DNA from: Phoronis australis
Taxonomy: Eukaryota > Animalia > Phoronida
NCBI GenBank assembly: GCA_002633005.1
Contig: NMRA01000816.1
Coordinates: 8,531-72,530, forward strand
Direction of reading: 5' to 3'
DNA length: 64,000 nt
Within the stretch, counting starts at the first letter, position 1; every line of letters starts with the position of its first letter. This document shows, one piece after another, positions 1 through 11,160 of the stretch. The notes under the pieces were generated by a model. It saw only the letters and a program-made list of their open reading frames with translations. It was not told where the DNA came from and ran no database searches. The position numbers were made by a program, and so were the translations under genes.

Positions 1-2732
1 ATTTTAAATGGAACACGTGCATGACGGCGACATCCCGTTGCTCCCAACTTGTTCGATTGTATAGCCTAACAACAAGTTGGGAAGTTTACCCCCCGTAGCC
101 AATTAACTCCATTCTAGCGTTGATGGTTGGAGGGCCTGCGCTCTTTTGTTTGATAATTGCTCTAATCTCCGATCAGATCGTATCTAGCCTGACTGGGGTG
201 GGCTGATAAAAATGAAAGTTAAGTTAAGCCAGATATTATCGCACGTTCAGCACCCCTCACGTCTGGAAAAGTTAATTAACGACAGGACGCTGTAATGGTT
301 TTGGCTTGATTTCAAAGAGGTCCTAGCGTAGGTCCTAATGTACGTTACGAACACTGAGCATCGATAACGTCACCATGATCGACCCAGCCCAACCCCCTAC
401 CCCTGTCACAAGTCGTCATCCTACTAAACCCGATCCACCCTCTAGCTATAACGTAATATATGGAAGGAATAAAATAATTGGCAATGGAATCCATTTTTCA
501 AAGTCATGAAAACGACCCGCTGGGAATGGCGGCCATGACGACTGAGGCTTCGGGGTGTTCTACAGGTGCCAGGTTTCCAGAAAAGTAGAACAAAACCTCC
601 ATATTACTGCAGTGCAAGAAGATGCCGGTTTTGTTCAGTTGTACAGTCACTTTAAGTGTGTAACAGTAATATTAATTTTTTTAACGAATTTGCCGCGTGG
701 GACAGATAAGTAGCAAACGCAAAATGAGACTTAAGACGCACATGCGCACGGGATAGATGCTTTTGCTTATCGCTGCCTTTAGTCAATTATACTCATGTGA
801 AACTATAGTGTCAGGAGTAATTTGTGGACTTCCGAAATCCTTGACATCATGCGCGAAGCACAAAAGAACCCCAAGTGACCTGTCAACTTGCACTGAACGA
901 ACTGCCAAAGCCCCGAAGTCAGCTGTAATTTGACTAACAATTGAAGACCAACGGTAAGTGGTCTCAAATCAAAAGTTTGTTACGGAAGGCAGGTTAATAG
1001 CTTGATGCTGTATTTATATTCTGTCAAGAAACGTAGGTCCTACTTACAAGAACCTCAAGCAAGAGTGCAACCGCACGAACAACGAAAACACATTTACGAG
1101 TACATTATACACTGAGGTAAATCAAAACATTTAAAAATCGTGGTAATATAATTTTCTCCCAGAAGTGTTGGAGCTAGATAAAGTATTTGGGTTAGGCTGC
1201 AGGGTGTCAGAAGACTACAGGGGTGCAAGTCCAAAACCCTTATTAAACAGACACGGAGTATTAGATTTGAATTTAGGCCTAGTTTGTCCACCTCATAGGT
1301 AATTTTTCAATTATAAATTTTGAGTGAAAATATACTGAAAACCGTGGAGAGAGAGACCAACAAGTTCAGGGTAGTCATTGTTTGTATCTCCATGGAAACT
1401 GGTTCGACCTTCAGAGCCTGCCGTTTCACGCTTTCGACGGAGATTTGATCATATTTCATTTGGTTTCCTAATTAAGGTACTAGCTGTACTTCGGGAGCAA
1501 GTTTTCGGTTACAGAGAATTGGTTAAACGCACGACACTTTTCATTGTTCACAGTCTTTATTCCGTTACGTTAGTACCTTCGAAACAAAACTACTCTTAAC
1601 TGAACATAGATAAAAGTAACTGACCTAGCGACATAATTAAAAGACACACGATATTTCGAAACATACTTGTTTCATTCTCAAGTGAAGATAAGATGACGCA
1701 GTAACGCCACCACAGAGTATAAGCACAGTGGGACACGGCGGGTGTGAAATACTGCAAAGATTGACTAACGAAGGGGGTAACAGGAAAGTCACGCAAACAA
1801 GTGTAACCTACGCCGCGACCCTGTTTGCTACTCATTCAAAACAGGCTTCTCAAAAGCAGTTAAAAGGGACTCTAATATTTTCAATTGACACTAGTCTGCG
1901 ACGTAAGCATCTTTTCAACCATTCTCGTTTTTAATCTCAATATTCATTATGATATATCTTTATGCAAACGTTTGGTTTAATATACCTTGCTTGGTACTGA
2001 TTCACCCACCACATCACCTATTTTTGGAAATGTAAGCGAACGTTTTCTGTTTTCTTCATTTTTTAATTAGTGGTTTCAGCCAACTTAGGATAACTGGCTC
2101 CCCACAATTCATTGTAACTGACGTCACTGTAACGCGAGCGGGGGATCGCAGCTTGGCACGACATCCCCCCTCACCCTTCAGATTGATAATGAGGTAGGCC
2201 TAAGCTCATTAAGATAATCAGAATCACCAGCTCTACAGGATTTTGATGCATTTGCAAACGAAACACTTGACGAACTGCACATTGACATACTCAGGTAATC
2301 ATTTTAATTGCGTTTTACACAGATTCGATGGAAGATTTTAAATGTAAGATGATTTTTTGTTGGCAAACTATTTTGAGACAAACATGAGTACGGAGACTGG
2401 ACACCGAGCCGTGGTTGAGTCGTTCATCAGAAATAACCAAATTTCGATCAGGCCTTGTGGTATTTTCGTTTCACGCGTTTTTCCCTTTGACACGAGTCAG
2501 TATACATGCTTTGATACGTTCAATAATCTCAGACAATACACATTGGTTTCTTTGGCCAAGAAAAAACACGCATCGATACCGCCAGTTTCTCGGAACTAGC
2601 AATATGACTGCACATAACTACGCTGCCGGTGTGGAAACGGGAACCTGTTGTCCAATAGGATTCTAAGAGAAGGTGCATGTCGGATTGTAATATAACACTA
2701 TATGTACCATGTTTGCTTACAGATTCAACGTC

Positions 2733-3941
2733 ATGCGACTGTTACTTTTGCCAGTTGCGATATTCTTCCTCTGGGATTCTTCCCACGCAGGCATTCCACC
2801 AGCTCCTACGGTCTGCAAACAAATTCCAGGGACACGAACTAACACGGCAAGTGGAAAGTTAATCAAATTTTGGCACATTCATTGTGACGGAAAACACTTT
2901 GGACCGCAAATTCCGTTTTTCAGATGCACTAAAGACTCAGAAATTGAAGTACTGGATTTGAGTAATAACGACATCGAAATGGTACAGGAGCTCGCTTTCG
3001 TTAACGTGCAGACGGTTGAGCGCCTTTTGTTAGCAGACAATCGAATACGTTCTGTTGTGTATCAATCGTTTGCAGGACTGACAAATCTTCGAGAGCTCAA
3101 TTTAGAGAGAAACGTCTTGAAAACAGTTTCTCTCAACTGCTTTATCTATTTACCCGCTCTCACCACTTTGCGCCATGAAGGAAATCCCATAGAATGCAAT
3201 AGCGCTGTTTGCTGGCTGAGATACGCAAATTTTACAAATACCGCATTGAACGCAACAAACGCCGTGTGCGCGGACAGGCCTAATTTCACCACAATCGACT
3301 TCCCGTGGACCTATACGGTCATAAAAATGGCGTACAAGGAAACAAAGTTCGAGTGTGTAGAAAAGCCAACACTTAAAACAACAATAAGCACCAAAATACC
3401 ATCGACAAGTAAGAAGCTCGTATCGACGACACAACCAACAACAGTCTCCACTACGCCTACCAGTTCCTCGCCATCGACGTCAACGGCTACGCTAACAACT
3501 CAGAGAACATTATCAACCGCAACTTCACCACCAAAAACATCGACACCACCAATAACAACCGTGAAATCAAACAAACCAGGTTCCACGGTAAACACCCTCA
3601 CCACGTCGCCACGTACAGAACAACCTGAGTCACAGAAAAACAAGCAGACGTGGCTACTGGTTGTGCTTCCGTTAGCGCTCCTACTCATTCTAGTGGTTGT
3701 GATCATTGCAATCGTGGCGGTTTGCAGAAACGGGAAAGGGGATAGGACTAATCACAAGACGAAGGGAAAGAAGAAAATCTTTCACGAAGTCGTGTTCACC
3801 AACCGCTTATACCGACCCAGCAATAACCATCGTAGACTCGAGTCGGAAAGCTCTTGCGGGTCATTCCATGAAGCAGACTTGAGAGCAGCTAACGAGAGTA
3901 ACAATGATCAGCCGCCACTGTATGAAGACGCAATAAAATAA
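2733..3941 (+). CDS. Leucine-rich repeat type I transmembrane protein (about 402 aa, single coding exon)
   Basis: ORF 2709-3941. An acceptor ttgcttacag at 2722 suggests the real start is the ATG at 2733. Signal peptide MRLLLLPVAIFFLWDSSHA; LRRs (LDLSNNDI, LLLADNRI, LNLERNVL); LRRCT GNPIECNSAVCWL...C; Thr/Ser/Pro-rich stalk; TM WLLVVLPLALLLILVVVIIAIVAV; basic stop-transfer stretch; tail ending PPLYEDAIK. Possible 5' UTR donors near 954 and 2295. Confidence 0.9.
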   Translation: MRLLLLPVAIFFLWDSSHAGIPPAPTVCKQIPGTRTNTASGKLIKFWHIHCDGKHFGPQIPFFRCTKDSEIEVLDLSNNDIEMVQELAFVNVQTVERLLLADNRIRSVVYQSFAGLTNLRELNLERNVLKTVSLNCFIYLPALTTLRHEGNPIECNSAVCWLRYANFTNTALNATNAVCADRPNFTTIDFPWTYTVIKMAYKETKFECVEKPTLKTTISTKIPSTSKKLVSTTQPTTVSTTPTSSSPSTSTATLTTQRTLSTATSPPKTSTPPITTVKSNKPGSTVNTLTTSPRTEQPESQKNKQTWLLVVLPLALLLILVVVIIAIVAVCRNGKGDRTNHKTKGKKKIFHEVVFTNRLYRPSNNHRRLESESSCGSFHEADLRAANESNNDQPPLYEDAIK

Positions 3942-6890
3942 ACCACAGGTGGCGTTGGAGAACAACAGGTTATGACTTCTCAGTAAAGCCGCTTTTTGCC
4001 TTTTGTCATTTTTGTTACAAAGTCGGTGAGAAAACTTGTGCCCGACAAACAGCACTGGCGATGGTGTAGATTTGTTTCAGTGTTCTTTGGGGTTACGTCA
4101 GAGTTGTCAATTGTTTCCTATACGAAAGTGCTGAAAGTTAAAATTCATTACGGTGAATGTTGGTTTGGATAAATTGATACTGTTTTTTTACTTACAAACG
4201 ACTTTGTTGAGTGTGTAAAAATTGTTATAATGATGAAAATTGATTGATGAATTATGTACAGAGTCAATAGATTGAGAATAAGACTTGCGCCTATTCCCAC
4301 ACTCCGGAGACCTCTCGCCGGTCTTCTTTAAGGAATTGTGGCATGAACTCCGATCACGTGAAGTTCTTGGATGACTCAAGACCTCCATTTTGTATTCTAG
4401 AGAGCTATTGGCCAAAGTGGGATTTCTACTGTACGTGTCAATTATAACAAAACGGTGATTGTTTTAAGGAATGGAATTTAAGACAGGGTGAATACCCATG
4501 GAACTGAGGTAGTCCCTAATTGTTGATCGGTATAGGAACACTTTTCTACAAAAAAAACTGCTTGAAAAACGTTTCAAGCAGCGCATGTTAAGTTTCATAG
4601 ATTGTTTTAGAAAGTCATGATGTCTCATTTTTTGCTATATGAAAATTCATATAGGGCTGAAAATTTGGACACAAATAGTGTTATGCACTACCTCTGTGGA
4701 GGACGTAGAAATTCTCAAATTTCGCAATGGTACTTCAAGATAGCCGGGTTAATTTTTCGAGTTCATCATTCTGATATGACTAGGGCCTGTCTTGTATCAA
4801 ATTTTGCAGTTGGCGGAGAGTCTGGTGGGAGATTTCAGTATAAAGTTAGCCGTCTCAGAGATTTGTCAGAATTTGGTTAAAATACGTGAACGCTCTGCAT
4901 GGCCCGCCGACATTATGTTATCATTTTAAATTTCACCTTGCAGAGCAAAGAGGATCTTGTTGTCTGTTACATGTTAAAAATTATTATTTACGTCTAATTT
5001 TCGTTCTGTTTGGGTGTGAGTTAATTTGAGTTAAATGAATTGTCTCATTTGGTAGCCTAAATGTGTTCCAACAGCACTTTCTCTGTAGACCAGCAAAGTT
5101 GGTATCCTGATTTGTCAAGCAAACCCAATTTTTGTTGTGTACTCTTGGAGTGGTTCTTAAAAAAAGAAACAAAATCATGTTTTGGTCATGCGCGCACCCA
5201 GCCTAAAATATAGGGGAAGCTCGAATTCTTCGATATGCGTACCATTTACTGAAATAAATCAACGGGGACGGACTAAAAAAAAAGGGGCCACTAGGTTCAG
5301 GCCTGCCAATCGTGCATCCGCGCTGAATTCCTGTGGACTTCGTGGGCTTTTGTCCCGTTTACTCGGACTTTTTGTTCCACTCAGGCGGACCTTTTTGCCC
5401 AATTCGCCAAATTGGGTGGTGCGCCCATGTTGGTGGTCTCGACCAATCCTCGTTCGGTCACCTGCTAATGCACCAATGGGGTGTCAAAGCCGGGCACTCA
5501 ATGTGTCATTGGATAATTGTTTTGCGGAGTTGTCTCCTCCTACAAATATCATGCTATCGTATAAGACGGACCAGGCTTTCCCGTTTAGTTATTAGTGAAC
5601 AGACTTCGGAAGGAGTTTTTTTAATTTTGCTCTAAAAATGAGAAACTGTGTTTCTTACCGTGGATTACATTATATTGTTTGAGTGTCTATTCACTTCGTT
5701 GATGTGTGCACACGACGTCACGTTAATGATCGACGAAGGTAGACTCAGTGTGATTGTTCAGGAAGAGTTTGACAATGACAATAAATACCATCAAATGATA
5801 TAGGCGTGACGTGAAAACTGAATTGAAGTTTAATACAGTATCGCAATTTACCACGGTGCAGTCAAGAGTCTACTCATCAAAACAATGGTTTTTAAAGTAG
5901 GTTATCGCATTAAGTAGAGAATGCGTTAATTCCACTGAGCGATTCAAACTGAAACTTAATAGGTTTGATAAAACATTGCGTAATGAACTTATAGACAGCC
6001 TTTAAAAAGTTGTTTTGTCTCGCGGGTTGGTTTTTAGTACTTGAAAGGGGAACAGTCATGATTCAAAATTATAAAGTAGTTTAGCCGTATATTGTAGACA
6101 TGTTTATACAACAGATAGGGACAGACATATACGAATCTTCCAGGAATACTTCGTCTATAAAAATTAGGGGTCCGAGTGAACATTTTACAAGAATTTACAG
6201 TGCTAACAACTTTCATAATGCAAAAAATAAGATTTATTCAAACAAGTGTTGCGCCATGATTAGTGGTGAAATCTACCGGAGGGAGAGAAATATACGTGAT
6301 GTGGAATTAGCATTGTACACAGGTTGTAATGACTGAACGCGTGTCATGGTTCGAGACTTGGGATAGGCCTCGTCACGCAATAGTTATCTGTTATTTCCTG
6401 CTATTATTGATAAGCCACTGGGGACAGAATTACGGATTAGGTATATTTCCCGATCCCATGATATGTTCATGCGCTTAGAATGTGCCGATAAGTGAGGCGT
6501 TAACCGTGACCGTGATAGCTATGATGACGCAAAGGCATCCGATCTGTCACCTCTTGATATAATTTCGTTTTTACCGACTGTTTTAATGAGTCTGCGTCCA
6601 AACATGATTTATTTGTAAAGTCTAAATCAAACTACACGTTGATGATGTTGTTTTATTAAACATAAATCGGTTAAATTACAGCCAACAATTTATCAAATAA
6701 GCACACATATGTACTTTCCATGCTGGGAAATTAGTCGGCCTATGAAGTGTACTGTTTAGCTTTCAAGTTGGATTTATCTAAGGGTTTTGCATCGTTGTTT
6801 GGTGTGCATTGGTGCAAAACGAAAAGGTCACGCGATAATTTATTCTTGGTTGTGCCTGGCAGGGAATGAGCTTCGCGACACACCGTCATG

Positions 6891-7241
6891 TATGGTGGGC
6901 CGTTGAGGGGAAAGTGTCGCCGTAAAATTACGCTCGTAATTACGATCGTAAATTAAATTGCAGGACTGTCGCCGTAAATTACGCTCGTAAAATACCTTAA
7001 TAACGTTCCAAATTTAAACCAAGTGATGACCTAACATGACACGATTGTTGCTGGGCAGCTCGTTCTTGCACAATCGCTGACATGGCAGCAGCGATGTGAT
7101 CTGCCATGATTCAGCGATTGTAAAACCCAACGTCATTGGCTAAAAGTTTAAACTAAATTACGAGCTTAATTTTACGCCGTAACGGAATTAAATTACGCTC
7201 GTATTTTTCAGGCGACACTTTCCCCCCAGCGGCCCATCATA
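6891..7241. mobile_element. Non-autonomous DNA transposon (MITE), IS3EU-like ends
   Basis: About 31-bp TIRs tatggtgggccgttgaggggaaagtgtcgcc / ggcgacactttccccccagcggcccatcata; 6-bp TSD gtcatg (6885-6890, 7242-7247); subterminal aattacgctcgta repeats. TAY...RTA ends with a 6-bp TSD match IS3EU. Confidence 0.8.
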
Positions 7242-7831
7242 GTCATGACCCGTTGACGTCACATGCTTATTTTACCAACTTTTGGCTGCCCTGTATGCAC
7301 TGGTAGAAGAACTGAACGTGACAATGCACCTTACGTTAACAGACTCTTTTTGGCGTGTTGAGATAAGAGAAGCCGACAGACAAACGTACGGATAGATTCT
7401 GGCGTAATCAGATATAACCCTTCGAATGGTTATCAATGAGCTACCGAGTGTCTTTCCAGAAATCTTAATAGACCAGCTCTCCCAATGCACATGTCAAATG
7501 ATGTGTGACGGGCGTATGCGCGTCGCATGAATATCGCCTATGGAACGCCACCATTGTCTTCCCTTGTTGCGTCTTTGTTGGAGATAATAATACAGGTCGC
7601 ACGGATCTTGGGCGCCCATCATCCGGGTACCGACTTGCTTACCATTATCTTTATTCTAAGAAAGAAAAACAAAGTGAGTAATAGATACGCTTACTACCGA
7701 TATCTATGCTACGAGCTTGCGACCTAGTTTCCCGTGGGAAGTGTCACGAAAACTGCACTAACAATGTTTACTTCTGAGCTTATCCTCACGCTTTCCTAAC
7801 AAAATGGACAAACTGAAAGTATCTATTAACG

Positions 7832-8040
7832 CAGTGGCGGATCTAAGGATACCATAACGGGGGGGAAGGACAATATGTTGCTTCGGGGAATTGGGTAAAG
7901 CGCGTTTGTATGTGCACAGGGCCCGAAAGTTGCGAGGGTTGGGATGTGGACCTTCCGTTCAGGAAATCTATGCGTGGACTAAAAAATAAAAAACGGGAAC
8001 ACGAATCCTCTGGGATCTGAGCCCCCCTGATCCGCTACCG
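7832..8040. mobile_element. Degenerate hAT-like MITE
   Basis: Ends cagtggcggatc ... gatccgctaccg are imperfect inverted repeats; no TSD recognised. Confidence 0.5.
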
Positions 8041-10107
8041 GTCTTAGTTACTGAACTCTGTATTTCCTCACGCTTCACGCTGTTGCTGTCATTTTGCTTG
8101 GCGCCAGACAAGGTCGGAAGGAAAGGGCAGGGGGCCCGCCACCCTAAATCTGCCTATATGTGACGTGTGCCCGACTTAACGCTTTACGTTTTGTTTTACA
8201 ACTTCAATCAGAGCAATAAAATGTTGCAGTTGGTAGTTCCAAATTTCATGAGACTCGTAAGTTAAAAAATTGCCTTTAAAGATTGCGTAGGACCTTATCG
8301 ATAAATCTGCATTCCACCAAACATGTACAAAACAATAAAAATACATCTTATGAACGCAGAAAGCCTGTGGAATTTGATCTGTAATAATCAATGTTCTGTA
8401 ACATCAAAATAAAATGCCACCTAGAGAGGTCATGGAAAATGTTTTATAAGCCTCAACTTCTTCCTCCGTCAGATTCAATGTGATTTCTGGTCTTGGAATG
8501 ACCTAGCAGATGGTCTTTGCAAGAAACAAAGTTGGACCCTCGTCACCCGCGGATTGGGATCAGGCGTTCAGTGATGCGCACACTAGGGTCTCTAATAAAA
8601 ACGAACCATCAGTTTTCTAAGCCAAGAAGCTATTTCTCATGTGATTTGGAACAAGTTTCATAGAGTTCAGAACAGTTTTATTGAGGTAAGTACTAGTCTG
8701 ATCAAAATCAATTCTTGAACATGGCGCTTGTTAATAGCGGCTTTAAAATAAACAGAACTGGGAATTGCCACTAAGACATTCCAAATTTAGGAATTTTAGA
8801 CATAGGCTCACCGGCTCCATATATTGTCATTTGACAGAATTTCGTGGCATAATGTACTGAGTGGGGTCAGCGTGGCCCTCCACGTGGGGCCCCCCCAGCA
8901 CAAGGGTAGATTCATCTTAGTAGTTTGTACCTAAACACCGATATTGCTAGTATGATTCTGGAACAAATTCGTCCCCATGTTGCTTATGTTGGTGAGACAT
9001 CTTCTGACATAATCAGGACTATCCACCTGCTGACGGCACAACGAAAACACAACACTAAAAATTTGACACATTTATTACCTTCCCTTTATTTAGACTTACA
9101 CTAGGTGTCGAAGGAATAACTGTTACAGTAAAAACCAAAACGAGGCAGACCTAGCCAATATGAGAATGTATCCACAGAAGACGCTGGGGCCAGTTCAGTC
9201 TAAAAAGGTGTTCTGGAATGAGGTGACGCAAACCGTTTGTGAGCGCCCACCACTACGGTACAAACATCATCAACAAACCCAGCTAGAGTCAAATGTTACT
9301 AGTGGACTACGTGGAAGTCCACAGACAAAGGGATTGCCAGCACAACTCTAAACAATAACAGGAAGAGAAAGTTCAACATTGTTCAGAAAATTAAATACGC
9401 CATGAGAACATCCAGAATTAAGGTGCTTTTCATCGCTGTTTGGCTGTCAAAGTCTCCCGGGTTTAAAAACATCACAAGCTTTATTGTTGCTGGGAAACTC
9501 CACCAATAACAAACACTGTGTGGAAGCACAATTCTGAATCTACGGTTTTAGGGTTGTTCCACACTTAATAAACTTTGAAGTGTTTTCTTGAGTTACTGAT
9601 GGAACAGATATTCTTGTTGGAAACGGAAATGTAATAAGGAATATAATCAGACTGATTCTATGCAAGTAAAAGTCTTAATAAGATTTTCACTTTAGCCAGA
9701 TAAACCATGTGAAGTGCATTCATTGGCATCAAGAAATGTTTCTAGACTGAACTTCTCCACTGCCAATCGAATTCCTTTTCACAAGATGAACATGAACATT
9801 ACAATCAAGACCTGAGCATTCTTGGAGTGAATTAGTACTGCTCCAAGTCATTTTCAAATGACAATTAAAAGGTCAGTGACTACAGTCTAAGCTATTCTGA
9901 GCACCTTTAAACATTACAACAACTTTTTAAAAACATTTTAGACAATTCTACGCCTCTGTGCACATGACCGCTATCATTCACATTCAAGACAAGACAGGTT
10001 GGGACATTACACTAAGAACATGGTTGCCGTATACATTGGGTAGGGCAAACATAAAATAAATGCCAAGGTGGCACTTCTGTCTACTGTTCACTCTTACACT
10101 ACAGATC

Positions 10108-10460
10108 TAGGGTGTGTAAACAATCCCTCACCCGTGCATCTCTAAACTGGAGATTTGATCTCCCAAACTGGGACCAGCAAACACCAAACCTTCCACGATA
10201 AAAAATTCCATGAAAAAAATTCCATACCCACACCCGTAAACTCCAAAACTGCACTCCAAAAAACTTCATGCCTGAAGACCATATTCCATACCTGTGGATT
10301 AAGTTCTGGACCTGTGTCTGGAAGCCCATCCGGAGTGTTAATGGCACGTGTGGGGAGTTTTGGGGTAACGCTATGGAATCTGTGTGCCGAATTTGATGTT
10401 TGCTAGTCTAGGATTGAAGTTTAGGGGCTGGCAGCTGGTATTCAGTAAGACAAACACTTA
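10108..10460. mobile_element. Old inverted-repeat element in the probable MVB12 3' UTR
   Basis: gaccagcaaacaccaaac...attccat (about 10172-10211) is inverted relative to atggaat...tttgatgtttgctagtc (about 10373-10408). Boundaries approximate. Confidence 0.45.
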
Positions 10461-10892
10461 ATGTTAAAACTGTAATGATGGGCACTACACCAATTACATG
10501 ACAAATTAATATGCTTCTTGAGTTTAAATAGTTACACCCCCATTGACTTGGACCACTTGCTTTATGTTTCCAGTTAAGTATTCACTCTTTTCAACAGATG
10601 TCGCTGTAGTCAACTGCAGTTGCATTATGGGATTGATCACGCCAGCAACCTATTGCATTTCATTTAGGCTATATCTATAACAATACGGAGGTGAACTTGC
10701 TAATCATTTTATTCAGAGACGCAACAGACACCATCCTAAGCCAGAGCTATATTCAGCTGTGGACCTAAGCAGATAACAGTCTGTATTGCTGTATTGAGAT
10801 GTAAAAATTGCAACATAATGTTTTCAAATTCACTATTTCTAATTGGTTATATCTGTCTAAAGCAATTTCTATAAATGATGGCTGTATATTTA

Positions 10893-11002
10893 GCAATAGT
10901 CTGATATAACGTGCCCCCATTTTGAGAACCAGTTTAATGCCCATTATTCAATGATGAAAACTGGTTCTCAAAATGTGAGCACAATATATTAGACTATTAC
11001 TG
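10893..11002. repeat. About 105-bp hairpin mini-element, copy 1 of 3
   Basis: aatagtctgatataacgtgc...ttttgagaaccagttt / aaactggttctcaaaa...gcacaatatattagactatt. Related copies at about 12017-12108 and about 60842-60947. Confidence 0.75.
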
Positions 11003-11160
11003 GGTACGTTTATGCTTTAAATTAAAATAGTAAGCAACAGCAGAGACAATGCTGTAGATTTCCCATAAAACTATCAGAATACGTGCACTGAAGAAGGAGC
11101 TTGATTAAGCTAAAACATCCCTCTTGTATCACAGTCTAAAACACGCAACACTCAGTAATG

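Noticed and set aside
5182-5635. GC-richer segment with ORFs of 137 and 100 aa
   Set aside because: No protein motif; it looks like a TE-derived end (caggcctgccaa), but no matching terminus was found.
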